DNA of 64,000 nt from Thermoplasmata archaeon (lineage in GTDB: Archaea; Thermoplasmatota; Thermoplasmata; Lutacidiplasmatales; UBA184). This document shows positions 17,770 to 27,186 of this stretch, one piece after another. Position numbers and translations under genes: made by a program. The notes beneath the pieces were generated by a model. That model was not told the origin of the DNA. It was given only the letters and a program-made list of their open reading frames with translations, and made no database searches. The first letter of the stretch is position 1. Each line of letters starts with the position of its first letter. The stretch is from NCBI GenBank assembly GCA_050011355.1, contig JBEKJG010000001.1, positions 6,875 through 70,874 of the forward strand, given 5' to 3'.

Positions 17770-18780
17770 GTGGACGCACCGCCGCTCGGGCCGCCGGGGA
17801 GTACCCTCACCATCCGCGAGGTCCGCCGTTCGGACAAGGACAGCTTCTCCGAGGTGATGCTCGGGAGCTACGGACCGTTCGAGCGGATGATGGGCCTGGG
17901 GAGGAGCGGGACCGCGGAGTTCGGGGCCCTCTTCCGCCCGGGGCTCTGGTACCTGCTGAGATTCCTTCGTATCCTCGGCCTTGCGCCGATACGAATGTAC
18001 GTGGCCGCCGACGGCGGCACGGTGGTCGGCACGACCCTGGTCCTCCCTTGGCCGAGGTCGGGCTACATCATGGGCGTGGGCGTCCGACCGTCCCACCGGC
18101 GGCGCGGCCTCGCCGGGCAGCTGATCGGCCGCGCGGAGCAGTTCGCCGGCCGGCGGGGACGACCCTGGGCGGTCCTGGACGTCGAGGAGGAGAACCACCC
18201 CGCCGTGACGCTGTACCTGGCTCGGCAGTACACGACGTTCCTGCGGGTCGTGTGGTTGAGCTGTGCGAGTCCCCGGACCGTCGCGTCGGCCCCCCGGGCG
18301 AACGCGGCCGTCCGCGCCGTGGGCAAGGCCGGCCGCAGGTCCGCCGCTGCCTGGTGCGCCCCCCGGGTTCCTCCGGTCGTGCGCGAGACCGTCCCCCCGA
18401 GCGCCCAGCGACTCACCCACCTCGAATCGCTCGGCCAATTCCCGGGAGTCGTGCGGGAGACGTGGTCGGCCGGACCTCCCGACGGGCCGACCGCCTACCT
18501 CTCGGCCGCTTGGCGAGGGTCCGACATGCCCGGAGTGCTGTTCGTCCCGGCCGTGGACCCCCGCGCCCCGCACGACGACCTGGTTCGGCTGTTCCAGGAC
18601 GCTACCGCCTGGCTCTCCTCCCGAGGAAGTCCGACGGTGGTGGTCGCGGTCCCGGATGCGCTCGCCTCGACCCTGTCGGTGCTCACGGAACTCGGCTTCG
18701 AGGCGCAGATGACGACCCTCGCGATGTCGCGGCGGCTGGGAGCACCGGGGGCGCCTTCGGCTCCACCGAAGAGTCCTTGA
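17770..18780 (+). CDS. GNAT-family N-acetyltransferase with a second GNAT-like C-terminal half
   Basis: LTIREVRRSDKDSFSEV..., acetyl-CoA loop VGVRPSHRRRGLAGQLI, ...VTLYLARQY. The listed 745-aa ORF 16543..18780 is an off-frame run through the permease gene, so the real start must be after 17662 (GTG at 17770; ATG at 17857 is an alternative). Confidence 0.65.
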   Translation: MDAPPLGPPGSTLTIREVRRSDKDSFSEVMLGSYGPFERMMGLGRSGTAEFGALFRPGLWYLLRFLRILGLAPIRMYVAADGGTVVGTTLVLPWPRSGYIMGVGVRPSHRRRGLAGQLIGRAEQFAGRRGRPWAVLDVEEENHPAVTLYLARQYTTFLRVVWLSCASPRTVASAPRANAAVRAVGKAGRRSAAAWCAPRVPPVVRETVPPSAQRLTHLESLGQFPGVVRETWSAGPPDGPTAYLSAAWRGSDMPGVLFVPAVDPRAPHDDLVRLFQDATAWLSSRGSPTVVVAVPDALASTLSVLTELGFEAQMTTLAMSRRLGAPGAPSAPPKSP

Positions 18781-18813
18781 AATCCCCGGTACCTGCGGTC
18801 CCCAACCCCCCGA

Positions 18814-19470
18814 ATGAACACGAACAAGCCACCGTTCGCGACCCGCTCCGTCCGGCTGGGCGCGGTCCTCCTCGGCATCGGCGTGGTGCAGTTCGTCGTC
18901 GCCAACGCGCTCGTCCAGACCCAGTACTCGGGGTACTCGCTCCTCACCAACTACATCAGCGACCTCGGCAACACCGCGACATCGCCCTGGCATGTCGTGT
19001 TCAACGTCTCGATCGCGGCCCTCGGAGTGCTCGCCTTCGTCGCGATCCTCCTCGCCTGGACCGGATTTCCCCGCGGGGCCTCCCGCGTCGTGGGCCTCCC
19101 CCTGCTGCTTCTCGCGAGCGTGGCCGCGGTCCTGGTGGGGGCGTTCCCGGAGAACGTGAACCCCCCCGTCCACGACCTCGTCTCCCTCCTCGTGTTCGCC
19201 CCGGGCGGACTCGCGTTGCTCATCCTCTCGGCGGGGATGGGCCCCGAGACCTCGTGGGCGGGCGGGCGCATCGGCTCGGCCCTCCTCGGGCTGGTGACGC
19301 TGGCCTCCCTCGCGTACTACATCCCCACCCAGTCGTCGAACACCACGTTCGATCCGGGCCTCATCGAGCGACTCATCGTGGCTCCGATCCTGATCTGGGG
19401 GTTCGGCGTCGCGGTCCACCTCTCCCGACTCCGGATGCGGCCCCGCTTCCACCCCGACGCGACCGCCTAG
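18814..19470 (+). CDS. DUF998-like integral membrane protein
   Basis: MNTNKPPFATRSVRLGAVLLGIGVVQFVV...NYISDLGNTATSPWHVVFNVSIAALGVL... with 6 hydrophobic helices. The ISDLG motif is typical of DUF998. Confidence 0.7.
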   Translation: MNTNKPPFATRSVRLGAVLLGIGVVQFVVANALVQTQYSGYSLLTNYISDLGNTATSPWHVVFNVSIAALGVLAFVAILLAWTGFPRGASRVVGLPLLLLASVAAVLVGAFPENVNPPVHDLVSLLVFAPGGLALLILSAGMGPETSWAGGRIGSALLGLVTLASLAYYIPTQSSNTTFDPGLIERLIVAPILIWGFGVAVHLSRLRMRPRFHPDATA

Positions 19471-19550
19471 CGGGACCAGGCCCGGGAGTCGAGGCTCCGC
19501 GGGCCGCGCGACGGTTTCTTGGGGGGCGACGTCCTACGGCCCCCACGGCC

Positions 19551-19880
19551 ATGGACGCGATCGAGGAGTCGGTGAACCGGGCCCGACGTGCTGGCGAGCG
19601 GTACCGTGAGTTCCTCCGGGTCCCGTCGATGTCGGCGGGCGTGTACGTTCTGCCGGCCGGGGCGGTGGACGGCCAGTCGCCGCACACGGAGGACGAGGTC
19701 TACTTCGTCGTCCGAGGGCGGGCGCAGTTCACGCATCTCGACACGGACCGGGCGGTCGGCCCGGGGGACGTCCTGTTCGTGCCGGCTCGTGACGTCCACC
19801 GCTTCCATACGATCGCCGAGGAATTGGTCCTCCTGGTGGTGTTCGCCCCGGCAGAATCCTCCCCCGCGGTACCGAAGTAG
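19551..19880 (+). CDS. cupin-domain protein
   Basis: ATG at 19551. HTEDEVYFVVRGRAQF...GDVLFVPARDVHRFH gives the two cupin motifs; 109 aa. Confidence 0.7.
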   Translation: MDAIEESVNRARRAGERYREFLRVPSMSAGVYVLPAGAVDGQSPHTEDEVYFVVRGRAQFTHLDTDRAVGPGDVLFVPARDVHRFHTIAEELVLLVVFAPAESSPAVPK

Positions 19881-20043
19881 TCGGACCTGCGCCGAACCGA
19901 CTGTCGGCTCCCACCTAGCGCTTCACCCGTCGGTCCAAGGGTCTGAGGGTGCGCCCCCCCTTGGATTCGAGGGCCGAGGGCCCCCGGGTGGGCGAAATCG
20001 CCGGACCCAAAACCTAGACTACCCCCCGGTATTCCGGGAGTCA

Positions 20044-20712
20044 ATGAACGCCCTCCGGGAGATCGACGCCAGCATCGAGCGCCGCCACTTGCTCAAGCAC
20101 CCGTTCTATACCGCGTGGTCGAAGGGCGAGCTGCCGATGGAGACGCTCCGCGAGTACGCGGGCCAGTACTTCCACTTCGAGGCGAACTTCCCACGGTACG
20201 TCGCGGGGGCGTACGCACGGCTCGGCCGCGCGCAGGACCGGCGTGTGCTGCTGGAGAACCTCACCGACGAGGAAGGGAGGTCCCCCACCCACCCGGAGCT
20301 GTGGGTCGACTTCGCCCGCGCCATCGGGTCCCGGTGGAGCGCCCGCCGCCCACCCCCTCCCCGACCGGCCGCCCTCGGCCTGTGCCGGACCTACGAAGCG
20401 CTCACGCTCGGCCGCGGCACTCCCGCGCAGGCCCTGGGCGCGCTCTACGCCTACGAGCGGCAGTTCCCGGCCGTCGCCGCCGAGAAGTCTCGGGGACTTC
20501 GGGCGAACTATGGCCTCGAGTCTCCGGCGGCCCACGAGTTCTTCCGCGTGCACACCGAGGCGGACGTGGCCCACTCGGCGGCGGAACGCCAGATCCTCGC
20601 CCGAGAGCTTCGCGCGACGGCGCCCGGAGACGGCGGCGCGGCGGCGTCCGTGGAGCGGACCCTCGGGGCGTGGTGGTCGTTCCTCGACTCGTTCGGTGTC
20701 GGCGAACCCTAG
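20044..20712 (+). CDS. heme-oxygenase-like di-iron protein of the PqqC/TenA/CADD family
   Basis: ATG at 20044. ...IERRHLLKHPFYTAWSKGELPMETLREYAGQYFHFEANFPRYV...LLENLTDEEG...HPELWVDFA...YAYERQ. Confidence 0.7.
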   Translation: MNALREIDASIERRHLLKHPFYTAWSKGELPMETLREYAGQYFHFEANFPRYVAGAYARLGRAQDRRVLLENLTDEEGRSPTHPELWVDFARAIGSRWSARRPPPPRPAALGLCRTYEALTLGRGTPAQALGALYAYERQFPAVAAEKSRGLRANYGLESPAAHEFFRVHTEADVAHSAAERQILARELRATAPGDGGAAASVERTLGAWWSFLDSFGVGEP

Positions 20713-20721
20713 CGCCGGCGA

Positions 20722-22278
20722 TCACGGGGGCGGGGCCGCCGCCCGCAGCGCGGCGAGGAGCCGCGCCCCGTCCGGGCTGCCCCAGCCGGTGCAGGCGTCC
20801 CACCCGGGACCGGCGTCGTAGCCGCCGTTGTTCCCCGACGTGATGTCGTGACAGGCCGCGTCGGCGGGTGCGCGGTAGAGGGCGGGATTGAGGAATCCCA
20901 GCGGCGTCCCGCCCGCCTGGTTCATCCGGGCGACCAGCGCCGCCCACAGGGGAGCGACCGCGCTCGTGCCACCGTAGGTGGCGCTCGTGCCGTCGACCTG
21001 GACCGAGTACCCGGTGGCCGGGTCGGCGTCCCCCGCGACGTCGGGGAGGCCGCGGCCGCCGAACCCGTTGGGAGCGGCGGGCACGGGGGGCGACGTCTGG
21101 TAGGGCGGGAGGGGGAACGCTTCGCTGACGCCACCGCCGGTGGCCCCTTCCCCTGCCGCGAGGTCGTTCCATACGACCTCGGAGGCGATCGTCGAGCCGT
21201 CCAGCACGAGGGAGGTGCCCCCGCACGCGAGCACAAACGGGCTCGACGCCGGAAAGTCGACGGTGAGCGTCCCGCCGGGAGCGCCGTCCGTGGCTCCCCC
21301 GTCACCGGCCGCTACCAACACGGTGACCCCCATCGCGGCCGCATCTTCGCAGACCGAGTTGAGGGCGTTGCGCGCCTGCGCGGTCCAGGAGTCTTCCGGT
21401 CCGCCCCAGCTGATCGAGATCACGGAGGGCCGGTGGACGGTGTCGTGCACCGCCGCCGAGAGCCCGTCGAGGAAACCGGCATCCGTGTTGGGTGCGAAGT
21501 ACGCCACGAGTGCCGCACCGGGGGCGATCGACCCCGCGACCTCGAGGTCGAGTTGCACCTCTCCGTCCGGCCCCTCGGGGTTCCCGTCCGGGGCGTTGGT
21601 CGCTCCATCGACCGACACCGGGGTGATGGTCGGGGGGGCCACCCCCAACCCGTGGAAGTAGGAGGTCAGATCCGCGGGCGAATAGCCGCCGCCCAGCTCG
21701 AGGAATCCGATCGTCACGCCCGAACCGTCCGTGCCCGAGGGAAAGGCGTAGGCCGCCGCCACCTGCGGTGGGGTGTAGACGTGGTCCCCCTCGGCGGGGG
21801 CGCGTCGAATTCGGAAGTGCGTGCGCGCCTGGGGCCGGTCGTCGAGCCCGAACACCCCGAGGACGATGTCGCGTAGCTCGTCCGGGATACGGATCGGTCC
21901 GACCCTCCCCCGGTAGGTTCCACCGGTGTAGGCCCAGCGCTCGAGGGCGACACCGAACGTCGCCTCGAATGCCGCGACCGTGCCGACCAGTCGCACGAGC
22001 CGGGGGCCGACGGCTTCCGAACGGACCGTGAGCTGGTGCGCCTGAGCGAACTCCCGGACGCGGACCAGGTCATCGGGGTGCGCGCCAAACGCCCGGGCGA
22101 ACTCCTCCCGGGACCATCGCGGCGAGGGGTCCGGGGCCGGGCCGGACAGGGTAGGGAACGGAGCGACGTCCGTCCGACGGCGGAGGAGGACCGACACCTC
22201 GAGGCGGCCCTCGGCCCTCGGCTGACCCACCGAGCGAGCGTCCGGAAGTGCGAGCCGCTCGCTTCCCGGCAGGTCCAC
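20722..22278 (-). CDS. sedolisin (S53) serine-carboxyl peptidase with pro-kumamolisin-type activation domain
   Basis: An N-terminal prodomain (…LEVSVLLRRR…FAQAHQLTV…), the catalytic region with EVQLDLE, and the C-terminal GGTSAVAPLWAALVA serine motif. Confidence 0.85.
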   Translation of the reverse strand: MDLPGSERLALPDARSVGQPRAEGRLEVSVLLRRRTDVAPFPTLSGPAPDPSPRWSREEFARAFGAHPDDLVRVREFAQAHQLTVRSEAVGPRLVRLVGTVAAFEATFGVALERWAYTGGTYRGRVGPIRIPDELRDIVLGVFGLDDRPQARTHFRIRRAPAEGDHVYTPPQVAAAYAFPSGTDGSGVTIGFLELGGGYSPADLTSYFHGLGVAPPTITPVSVDGATNAPDGNPEGPDGEVQLDLEVAGSIAPGAALVAYFAPNTDAGFLDGLSAAVHDTVHRPSVISISWGGPEDSWTAQARNALNSVCEDAAAMGVTVLVAAGDGGATDGAPGGTLTVDFPASSPFVLACGGTSLVLDGSTIASEVVWNDLAAGEGATGGGVSEAFPLPPYQTSPPVPAAPNGFGGRGLPDVAGDADPATGYSVQVDGTSATYGGTSAVAPLWAALVARMNQAGGTPLGFLNPALYRAPADAACHDITSGNNGGYDAGPGWDACTGWGSPDGARLLAALRAAAPPP

Positions 22279-22396
22279 TCCTCGGGCACTGTCGGGCGGC
22301 TCATCTAGCTAGCGGTATCACCGGCAGGCAACCGGCGCCCGGGGGCGCGGGAGGGCGAGCTCCCATCGGGGGGCCCGAGGGGCGCCCGTCCCTCGT

Positions 22397-23668
22397 CTAC
22401 TCCGGGGAGGGCAACCCCGGGCCGTTCGGCACCGGCGGTCCGGGGTCGTACGCCTCCTCACCGAAGTCGGCGAGGTCGAGACCCGCGTCCTCTTCGGCGG
22501 GGCTGACCCGGAGCGGCGAGAAGACATTGATGACCCGGAGCAGGACGTAGGAGCCGACGAAGGCGAAGACGGCGACCACCGCCACGGCGAACAGCTGAAC
22601 CAACGCCTGGTGAGGGTTCCCGTAGAACAGCCCGTTGGGTCCGGAGGCGTTGATCGCGGTGGAGGCGAACAGTCCCGTCGCGATCGTTCCCCACATTCCG
22701 CCCGCTCCGTGGCAGGCGAAGACGTCCAGCGAATCATCGAGCCGCGTACGGGCCCGCCAGCTGGCGATGTAGTTGGATAGGATCCCGGCGACGAGGCCGA
22801 TCAGGATGGAAGCGGATGGGCTGACGAAGCCGGCCGCCGGGGTCACCGCGGCGAGTCCGCAGACGGCGCCGACCGCCATGCCTACCGCCGAGGGGCGGCC
22901 CTTGCGGATCCAATCGACCAGCATCCAGCTCACGCCGCCCGCCGCGGCAGCCAGGTTGGTCGTGACGAGCGCATTGACGGCCACGGCGTCCGCCGCGAGC
23001 GCGCTGCCGGCGTTGAACCCGAACCAGCCGAACCACAGCAAGGCCGCTCCAAGGATCACGTACGGAACATTGTTCGGCCGGCTCGACTTGGCTTCGACGT
23101 CCGAGCGGCGTCCGATGACGATGGCCGCCGCGACCGCCGACACCCCGGCCGAGGTGTGGACCACCAGTCCGCCCGCAAAGTCGACGACCCCCAGCATGTG
23201 GAGCCATCCGCCCGGGTTCCAGATCCACATCGCGATGGGGACGTAGATGAACGTCGTCCAGAGCACGATGAAGATCAGGAGGGCCTTGAAGCGGACCCGG
23301 CCCGCGAACGCCCCGATGATCAGGGCCGGCGTGATGGCCGCGAACTTGAGCTGGAAGGCAAAGTAGAGGAGCTGCGGGATGAAGGCGGAGTAGGCCGGGT
23401 TCGGCGCCGCACCGACGTTGATCAGGAACGCATTCGATAGGTTGCCGATGAGGCCCCCTCCGACCGCGGGTGCGAACGTGAGGCTGTAGCCCCACAGCGC
23501 CCAGACCAGGCTGACGACCGAAAAGATCGCAAGGCAGGTGACGATCGTCGCGATGAGGTTCTTACGTCGGACCAGACCGCCGTAGAAGAACCCCAGGGCC
23601 GGGGTCATCAGCATGACGAGGGCCGTGGCGGTGATCACCCACGCGGTGTCGCCGGTGTCGATTGCCAA
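22397..23668 (-). CDS. amt: ammonium transporter Amt
   Basis: DTAWVITATALVMLMTPALGFFYGGLVR, DFAGGLVVHTSAGVSA, FGWFGFNAGSA, LDVFACHGAGGMWG. 11 TM helices. Confidence 0.95.
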   Translation of the reverse strand: MAIDTGDTAWVITATALVMLMTPALGFFYGGLVRRKNLIATIVTCLAIFSVVSLVWALWGYSLTFAPAVGGGLIGNLSNAFLINVGAAPNPAYSAFIPQLLYFAFQLKFAAITPALIIGAFAGRVRFKALLIFIVLWTTFIYVPIAMWIWNPGGWLHMLGVVDFAGGLVVHTSAGVSAVAAAIVIGRRSDVEAKSSRPNNVPYVILGAALLWFGWFGFNAGSALAADAVAVNALVTTNLAAAAGGVSWMLVDWIRKGRPSAVGMAVGAVCGLAAVTPAAGFVSPSASILIGLVAGILSNYIASWRARTRLDDSLDVFACHGAGGMWGTIATGLFASTAINASGPNGLFYGNPHQALVQLFAVAVVAVFAFVGSYVLLRVINVFSPLRVSPAEEDAGLDLADFGEEAYDPGPPVPNGPGLPSPE

Positions 23669-23919
23669 GGTAGGACACCCCTAGTACGCAGGGGGTGGAG
23701 AGGAGGGCGAATTCGGCCAAGGGCTGGGGTTCCCGGTCACGAAGTAGCACGTTCCGGCCACGGACCCGTGCCGGCATCTACCCAAATGAACCTTCCGTCA
23801 CAGTGGATTGACCGCTCGGCGAACGCCGGGAGGGCGCGGTTCCCACGCGGCCGGCTCCGGGGCCCCGGGGGCGAACCCGCCCGCCAAACCTAATCGGTCC
23901 GGCCGCTGCGTTCGGGGGT

Positions 23920-25125
23920 ATGGCGGGAGCCGCCGGGAGGGACCCGGAGGGAGGGCTGGTCGTCCTCGGGGCAGGGTACGCCGGGTTGACGGTCGCGCGT
24001 GAGGTCGCCCGCCGATCCCACGGTTCCCTGCCCGTCCTTCTCATCGACCGGAACCCGGTCCACGTTCTCCGGACGGAGCTGTACGAGATCGGGAAGATGG
24101 CGGATTCCGCCGGCGATGCTCGACACTGGACCGTCCCCCTGGCCCGGGTCCTCGACCGGACGGGGGTCTCTTTCCGGCAGGGGACGGTAGCCTCGATCGA
24201 CCCCTCGAGTCAACGCGTGCGACTGGACGGCGGGGGGGAGGTCCCCTTCCGGTACCTCGTCATCTGTCTCGGGAGCGTGGCCGCCTACTACGGCGTTCCG
24301 GGCGCCGCCGAGAGCACGTTCAGCGTATACCGGCTTTCGGGCGCCCAGCGGCTCGCGGCCCGGGTCCGGGACGTCGAGCGGGACTCCGCCACCCTCCCGG
24401 GGGAGCGTCGGCCGCGATTCGTCATCGTCGGAGGGGGTTCGACCGGGACCGAGCTTGCGGCCGAGATCGCCACTGTTGACTGGACGCGCCTCGCCGGCCC
24501 CGGAGCGCGCCCGCCCGACGTGGTCCTCCTGACCGGGGCCCTTCCGTTCCTGGTCGGTCTCCCGCCGAAGCTCGTCGCCCACGCGCGCACGATCCTGCGC
24601 AAGGCGGGCGTCGCACTCATCCACGGGGTCAACGTCGTCCGGGTGGAACCGGGCCGGGTCTACCTCGAGGACGGTTCCGTGCTGGCCTGCGATGCTGCCG
24701 TGTGGTGTGCCGGTCTCGAGGCCCCGCCCGTGGTGAAGTCGGTGCCGGGGCCCCACGGAAAGGGCGGACGCATTGCCGTGGCCCCCACGCTCGATATCCC
24801 CGGTCACCCCAACATCTTCGCGGTCGGCGACGTCGTCGAGATCCGCGACCCATCGACCGGAATGCTCGTTCCGGCCACGGCGCAGGCGGCGCTCGCAGAG
24901 GCTCGGGTGGCCGCCGCCAACCTGGTCGCGCGAGCTGAGGGTCGCCCGCTCGAGCCGTTCCGGTACCGCGAACGGGGGGTGGTGGTGGCCCTGGGTCTGG
25001 GCAAGGCCGCGGGGACGCTCGGACGCCTCACCATCTGGGGGAGTCCGGCGGCGTTGCTGAAGCGGGTCGTGGAGCGGGAGTACTCCCGCGCGACGGAGCG
25101 GGGCCAGGAGTCGAGCCTGCTCTAG
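23920..25125 (+). CDS. ndh: type II NADH dehydrogenase / FAD-dependent pyridine nucleotide-disulfide oxidoreductase
   Basis: Two dinucleotide folds, VVLGAGYAGL and FVIVGGGSTGTELA, plus the C-terminal FAVGDV motif. Confidence 0.8.
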   Translation: MAGAAGRDPEGGLVVLGAGYAGLTVAREVARRSHGSLPVLLIDRNPVHVLRTELYEIGKMADSAGDARHWTVPLARVLDRTGVSFRQGTVASIDPSSQRVRLDGGGEVPFRYLVICLGSVAAYYGVPGAAESTFSVYRLSGAQRLAARVRDVERDSATLPGERRPRFVIVGGGSTGTELAAEIATVDWTRLAGPGARPPDVVLLTGALPFLVGLPPKLVAHARTILRKAGVALIHGVNVVRVEPGRVYLEDGSVLACDAAVWCAGLEAPPVVKSVPGPHGKGGRIAVAPTLDIPGHPNIFAVGDVVEIRDPSTGMLVPATAQAALAEARVAAANLVARAEGRPLEPFRYRERGVVVALGLGKAAGTLGRLTIWGSPAALLKRVVEREYSRATERGQESSLL

Positions 25126-25141
25126 CGGCTCGCACCACATC

Positions 25142-25148
25142 CATAAGG
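25142..25148 (+). promoter_or_regulatory. TATA-like box CATAAGG about 27 nt upstream of the GTG at 25171
   Basis: Lies in the 45-nt spacer between ndh and the nucleotidyltransferase gene. It is too far from the start codon to act as a Shine-Dalgarno, and the spacing fits a leaderless transcript. Confidence 0.3.
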
Positions 25149-25170
25149 AGGGTGAGCGGCTGCCCCGGGC

Positions 25171-26145
25171 GTGAAGGCCCTCGTCCTCATCGGAGGGTTC
25201 GGGACCCGGCTCCGCCCGGTCACGTACACCGTCCCGAAGCAGTTGATCCCGATCGCGGGAAAGCCCGTTCTGTACCACGTGTTCGACCTGATCCCCCGGG
25301 ACGTGGAGGAGGTCGTGCTGGCGACCGGCTACAAGGCCGAGGTCATCGAGGCGTACGTCCGGGCGCACCCGGCGCCCTGGCCGGTGCGCACGGTCTCGGA
25401 GGCGGAACCCCTCGGCACGGGCGGCGGCATGAAGAACGCCGGAGAGGGCATGTCCGACCCGTTCCTGCTCGTCAACTCCGACGTGGTCGCGTCGGTCGAC
25501 CTGTCGGCGATGCTCGCGCTGCACCGGCAGCGGGGCGGGGTCGGCACGATGGCGCTCGCCGAAGTGGAGGATACCCGGCCCTACGGCGTGGCGGCGCTCG
25601 GCCCGGACGACCGGATCGAGGCGTTCGTGGAGAAGCCGGAGCCGCAGGACGCCCCGTCCCACTGGATCAATGCGGGACTCGCGGTCTGGGACCGCTCCGT
25701 GCTCGACCGTATCCCGGCCGGGCGCGCGGTCAGTTTTGAGCGGGAGATCGTCCCGGGCCTGATCGCCCAGGGGATGTACGGATACCGCCTCCGGAAGTAC
25801 TGGGACGACGCCGGGACACCGGAACGCCTGCTCCGGGCGCAGCAGCTGCTCTTCCAGGACGGCCGCGGCGGCAAGGGGGGCGTGCCCCATGGAGCCCTCG
25901 GGACCGGGCCGGTGGCGGCCGCCCGGGGGGTCCGGGCCGCCGGGGCATCGTTCGGTCCGTTCGTCACCCTCGGAGAGGAGGTCACGGTCGAGGCGGGGGC
26001 GCACGTCGAGAATTCGATCCTCATGGACGGGGTCCACGTGGAGAAGGAGGCGACCGTGCAGTCCAGCATCCTCGGTCCGAAGGTCCGAGTGCGCGCCGGC
26101 CACCGCGTGAGCGGGCAGACCCTCGGCGAAGGCGTCGAAGCCTGA
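25171..26145 (+). CDS. NDP-sugar pyrophosphorylase (mannose-1-phosphate guanylyl- / glucose-1-phosphate nucleotidyltransferase-like) with C-terminal left-handed beta-helix
   Basis: MKALVLIGGFGTRLRPVTYTVPKQLIPIAGKP (GxGTRLxPxT). The C-terminal hexapeptide-like repeats read VTVEAGAHVENSILMDGVHVEKEATVQSSIL. Confidence 0.85.
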   Translation: MKALVLIGGFGTRLRPVTYTVPKQLIPIAGKPVLYHVFDLIPRDVEEVVLATGYKAEVIEAYVRAHPAPWPVRTVSEAEPLGTGGGMKNAGEGMSDPFLLVNSDVVASVDLSAMLALHRQRGGVGTMALAEVEDTRPYGVAALGPDDRIEAFVEKPEPQDAPSHWINAGLAVWDRSVLDRIPAGRAVSFEREIVPGLIAQGMYGYRLRKYWDDAGTPERLLRAQQLLFQDGRGGKGGVPHGALGTGPVAAARGVRAAGASFGPFVTLGEEVTVEAGAHVENSILMDGVHVEKEATVQSSILGPKVRVRAGHRVSGQTLGEGVEA

Positions 26146-26148
26146 GGA

Positions 26149-27186
26149 CTAGAATCCCGGCCCGGTGACCGTCACCTTGACGGCTTCGTCCGGTCGACCG
26201 GCCAGCCGGAACGCCTCGTCGATCCGCTCGAGCGGGATCCGGTGCGAGACGAGGTCGGAGATCGGCAGGGCGCCCGAGGCCACGAGGCGGTGGACCTCGA
26301 CGAGGTCGGGCTCGGTCGTCGCGTACGACGGGATGACGCGGACCCCGCGAAGGTAGAGGTCCTGCAGGTCCGCGTCCAGGCGGCTGCCCGCCTCGGGCAG
26401 ACCGAAGAGGTTCACGGTCCCTCCCCGCCGGACCAGCGTCGTCGCGTCGCGGGCGACCGCCGGATGACCCACGGCGACGACCGCCAGGTCGACCCCGCGG
26501 CCGCCCGTGGCCCGTTCCACGGCGGCCTTCGCCGCCCCGGGCTCCCGAGGGTCCACCGTGAGGTCGATGCCGCCCCGCTCGGCCGCGGTCCTCCGGAGGG
26601 GGCTGACCTCGGACCCTCCGACCCAGCGAGCCCCCAGGGAACGCAGGAGGCGGGCGTACAGGAGCCCGACCGGTCCGAGTCCGAGGACGAACGCCGAGGC
26701 ATGGTCCGGCAGCCCGACGCGCCGGATCGCCGTGAGCGCGCACCCGGCCGGCTCCAGGAGCGCTCCCGCGTCCCAGTCGACCGAGTCGGCGAGGCGGAGG
26801 ACCGCGTGGCGGGAGACGTTCTCCGCGGGCACCCGAAAGGCGTCCGCGAACCCGCCCGGGTCGATGTTCGTCTTCGAGTACGTGGGGCAGAACGTGTAGT
26901 CCCCGCGGGCGCAGACCTCGCACGCGTAGCAGGGAACGTGGTGGTGCACGAAGACCCGGTCACCGAGCCGGAGCGATTCGACGCCGGATCCCAGCTCGAC
27001 GACCCGCCCGACCGGCTCGTGGCCGATGAGACCGGCGGTCTGGTAGTTCCCGCGCAGCTTCTCGAGGTCGGTGCCGCAGACGCCGCAGGCGGCGAGGGAG
27101 ACCACCACCTCGCCGGGCCCGGCCGTGGGGGCGGGGCGTTCCGTGAGGACGACCCGCCCGGGGCCGGCGAGGTGGCCGAACCTCAT
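26149..27186 (-). CDS. zinc-dependent medium-chain alcohol/polyol dehydrogenase (threonine/sorbitol dehydrogenase-like)
   Basis: ATG at 27186 inside listed ORF 26149..28113. CGVCGTDLEK, GHEPVG, structural-zinc CYACEVCARGDYTFC, and the Rossmann motif VLGLGPVGL. The start overlaps the stop of the upstream aminotransferase (ATGA). Confidence 0.85.
   Translation of the reverse strand: MRFGHLAGPGRVVLTERPAPTAGPGEVVVSLAACGVCGTDLEKLRGNYQTAGLIGHEPVGRVVELGSGVESLRLGDRVFVHHHVPCYACEVCARGDYTFCPTYSKTNIDPGGFADAFRVPAENVSRHAVLRLADSVDWDAGALLEPAGCALTAIRRVGLPDHASAFVLGLGPVGLLYARLLRSLGARWVGGSEVSPLRRTAAERGGIDLTVDPREPGAAKAAVERATGGRGVDLAVVAVGHPAVARDATTLVRRGGTVNLFGLPEAGSRLDADLQDLYLRGVRVIPSYATTEPDLVEVHRLVASGALPISDLVSHRIPLERIDEAFRLAGRPDEAVKVTVTGPGF

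Noticed and set aside
14618-17779. A 1053-aa minus-strand ORF, the longest in the track.
   Set aside because: It is exactly antisense to the FtsX-type permease gene. Its translation is dominated by Arg/Asp/Glu/Gly/Pro runs with no motifs. This is a typical shadow ORF of GC-rich coding DNA.
16543-18780. A single 745-aa ORF spanning the end of the permease gene and the GNAT gene.
   Set aside because: The first ~400 codons are an off-frame overlap of the permease gene (Arg/Pro/Gly-rich). Only the part after the permease stop (from the GTG at 17770) is protein-like.
23890-26103. A 737-aa minus-strand ORF.
   Set aside because: It is antisense to ndh and the NDP-sugar pyrophosphorylase gene and has no motifs.
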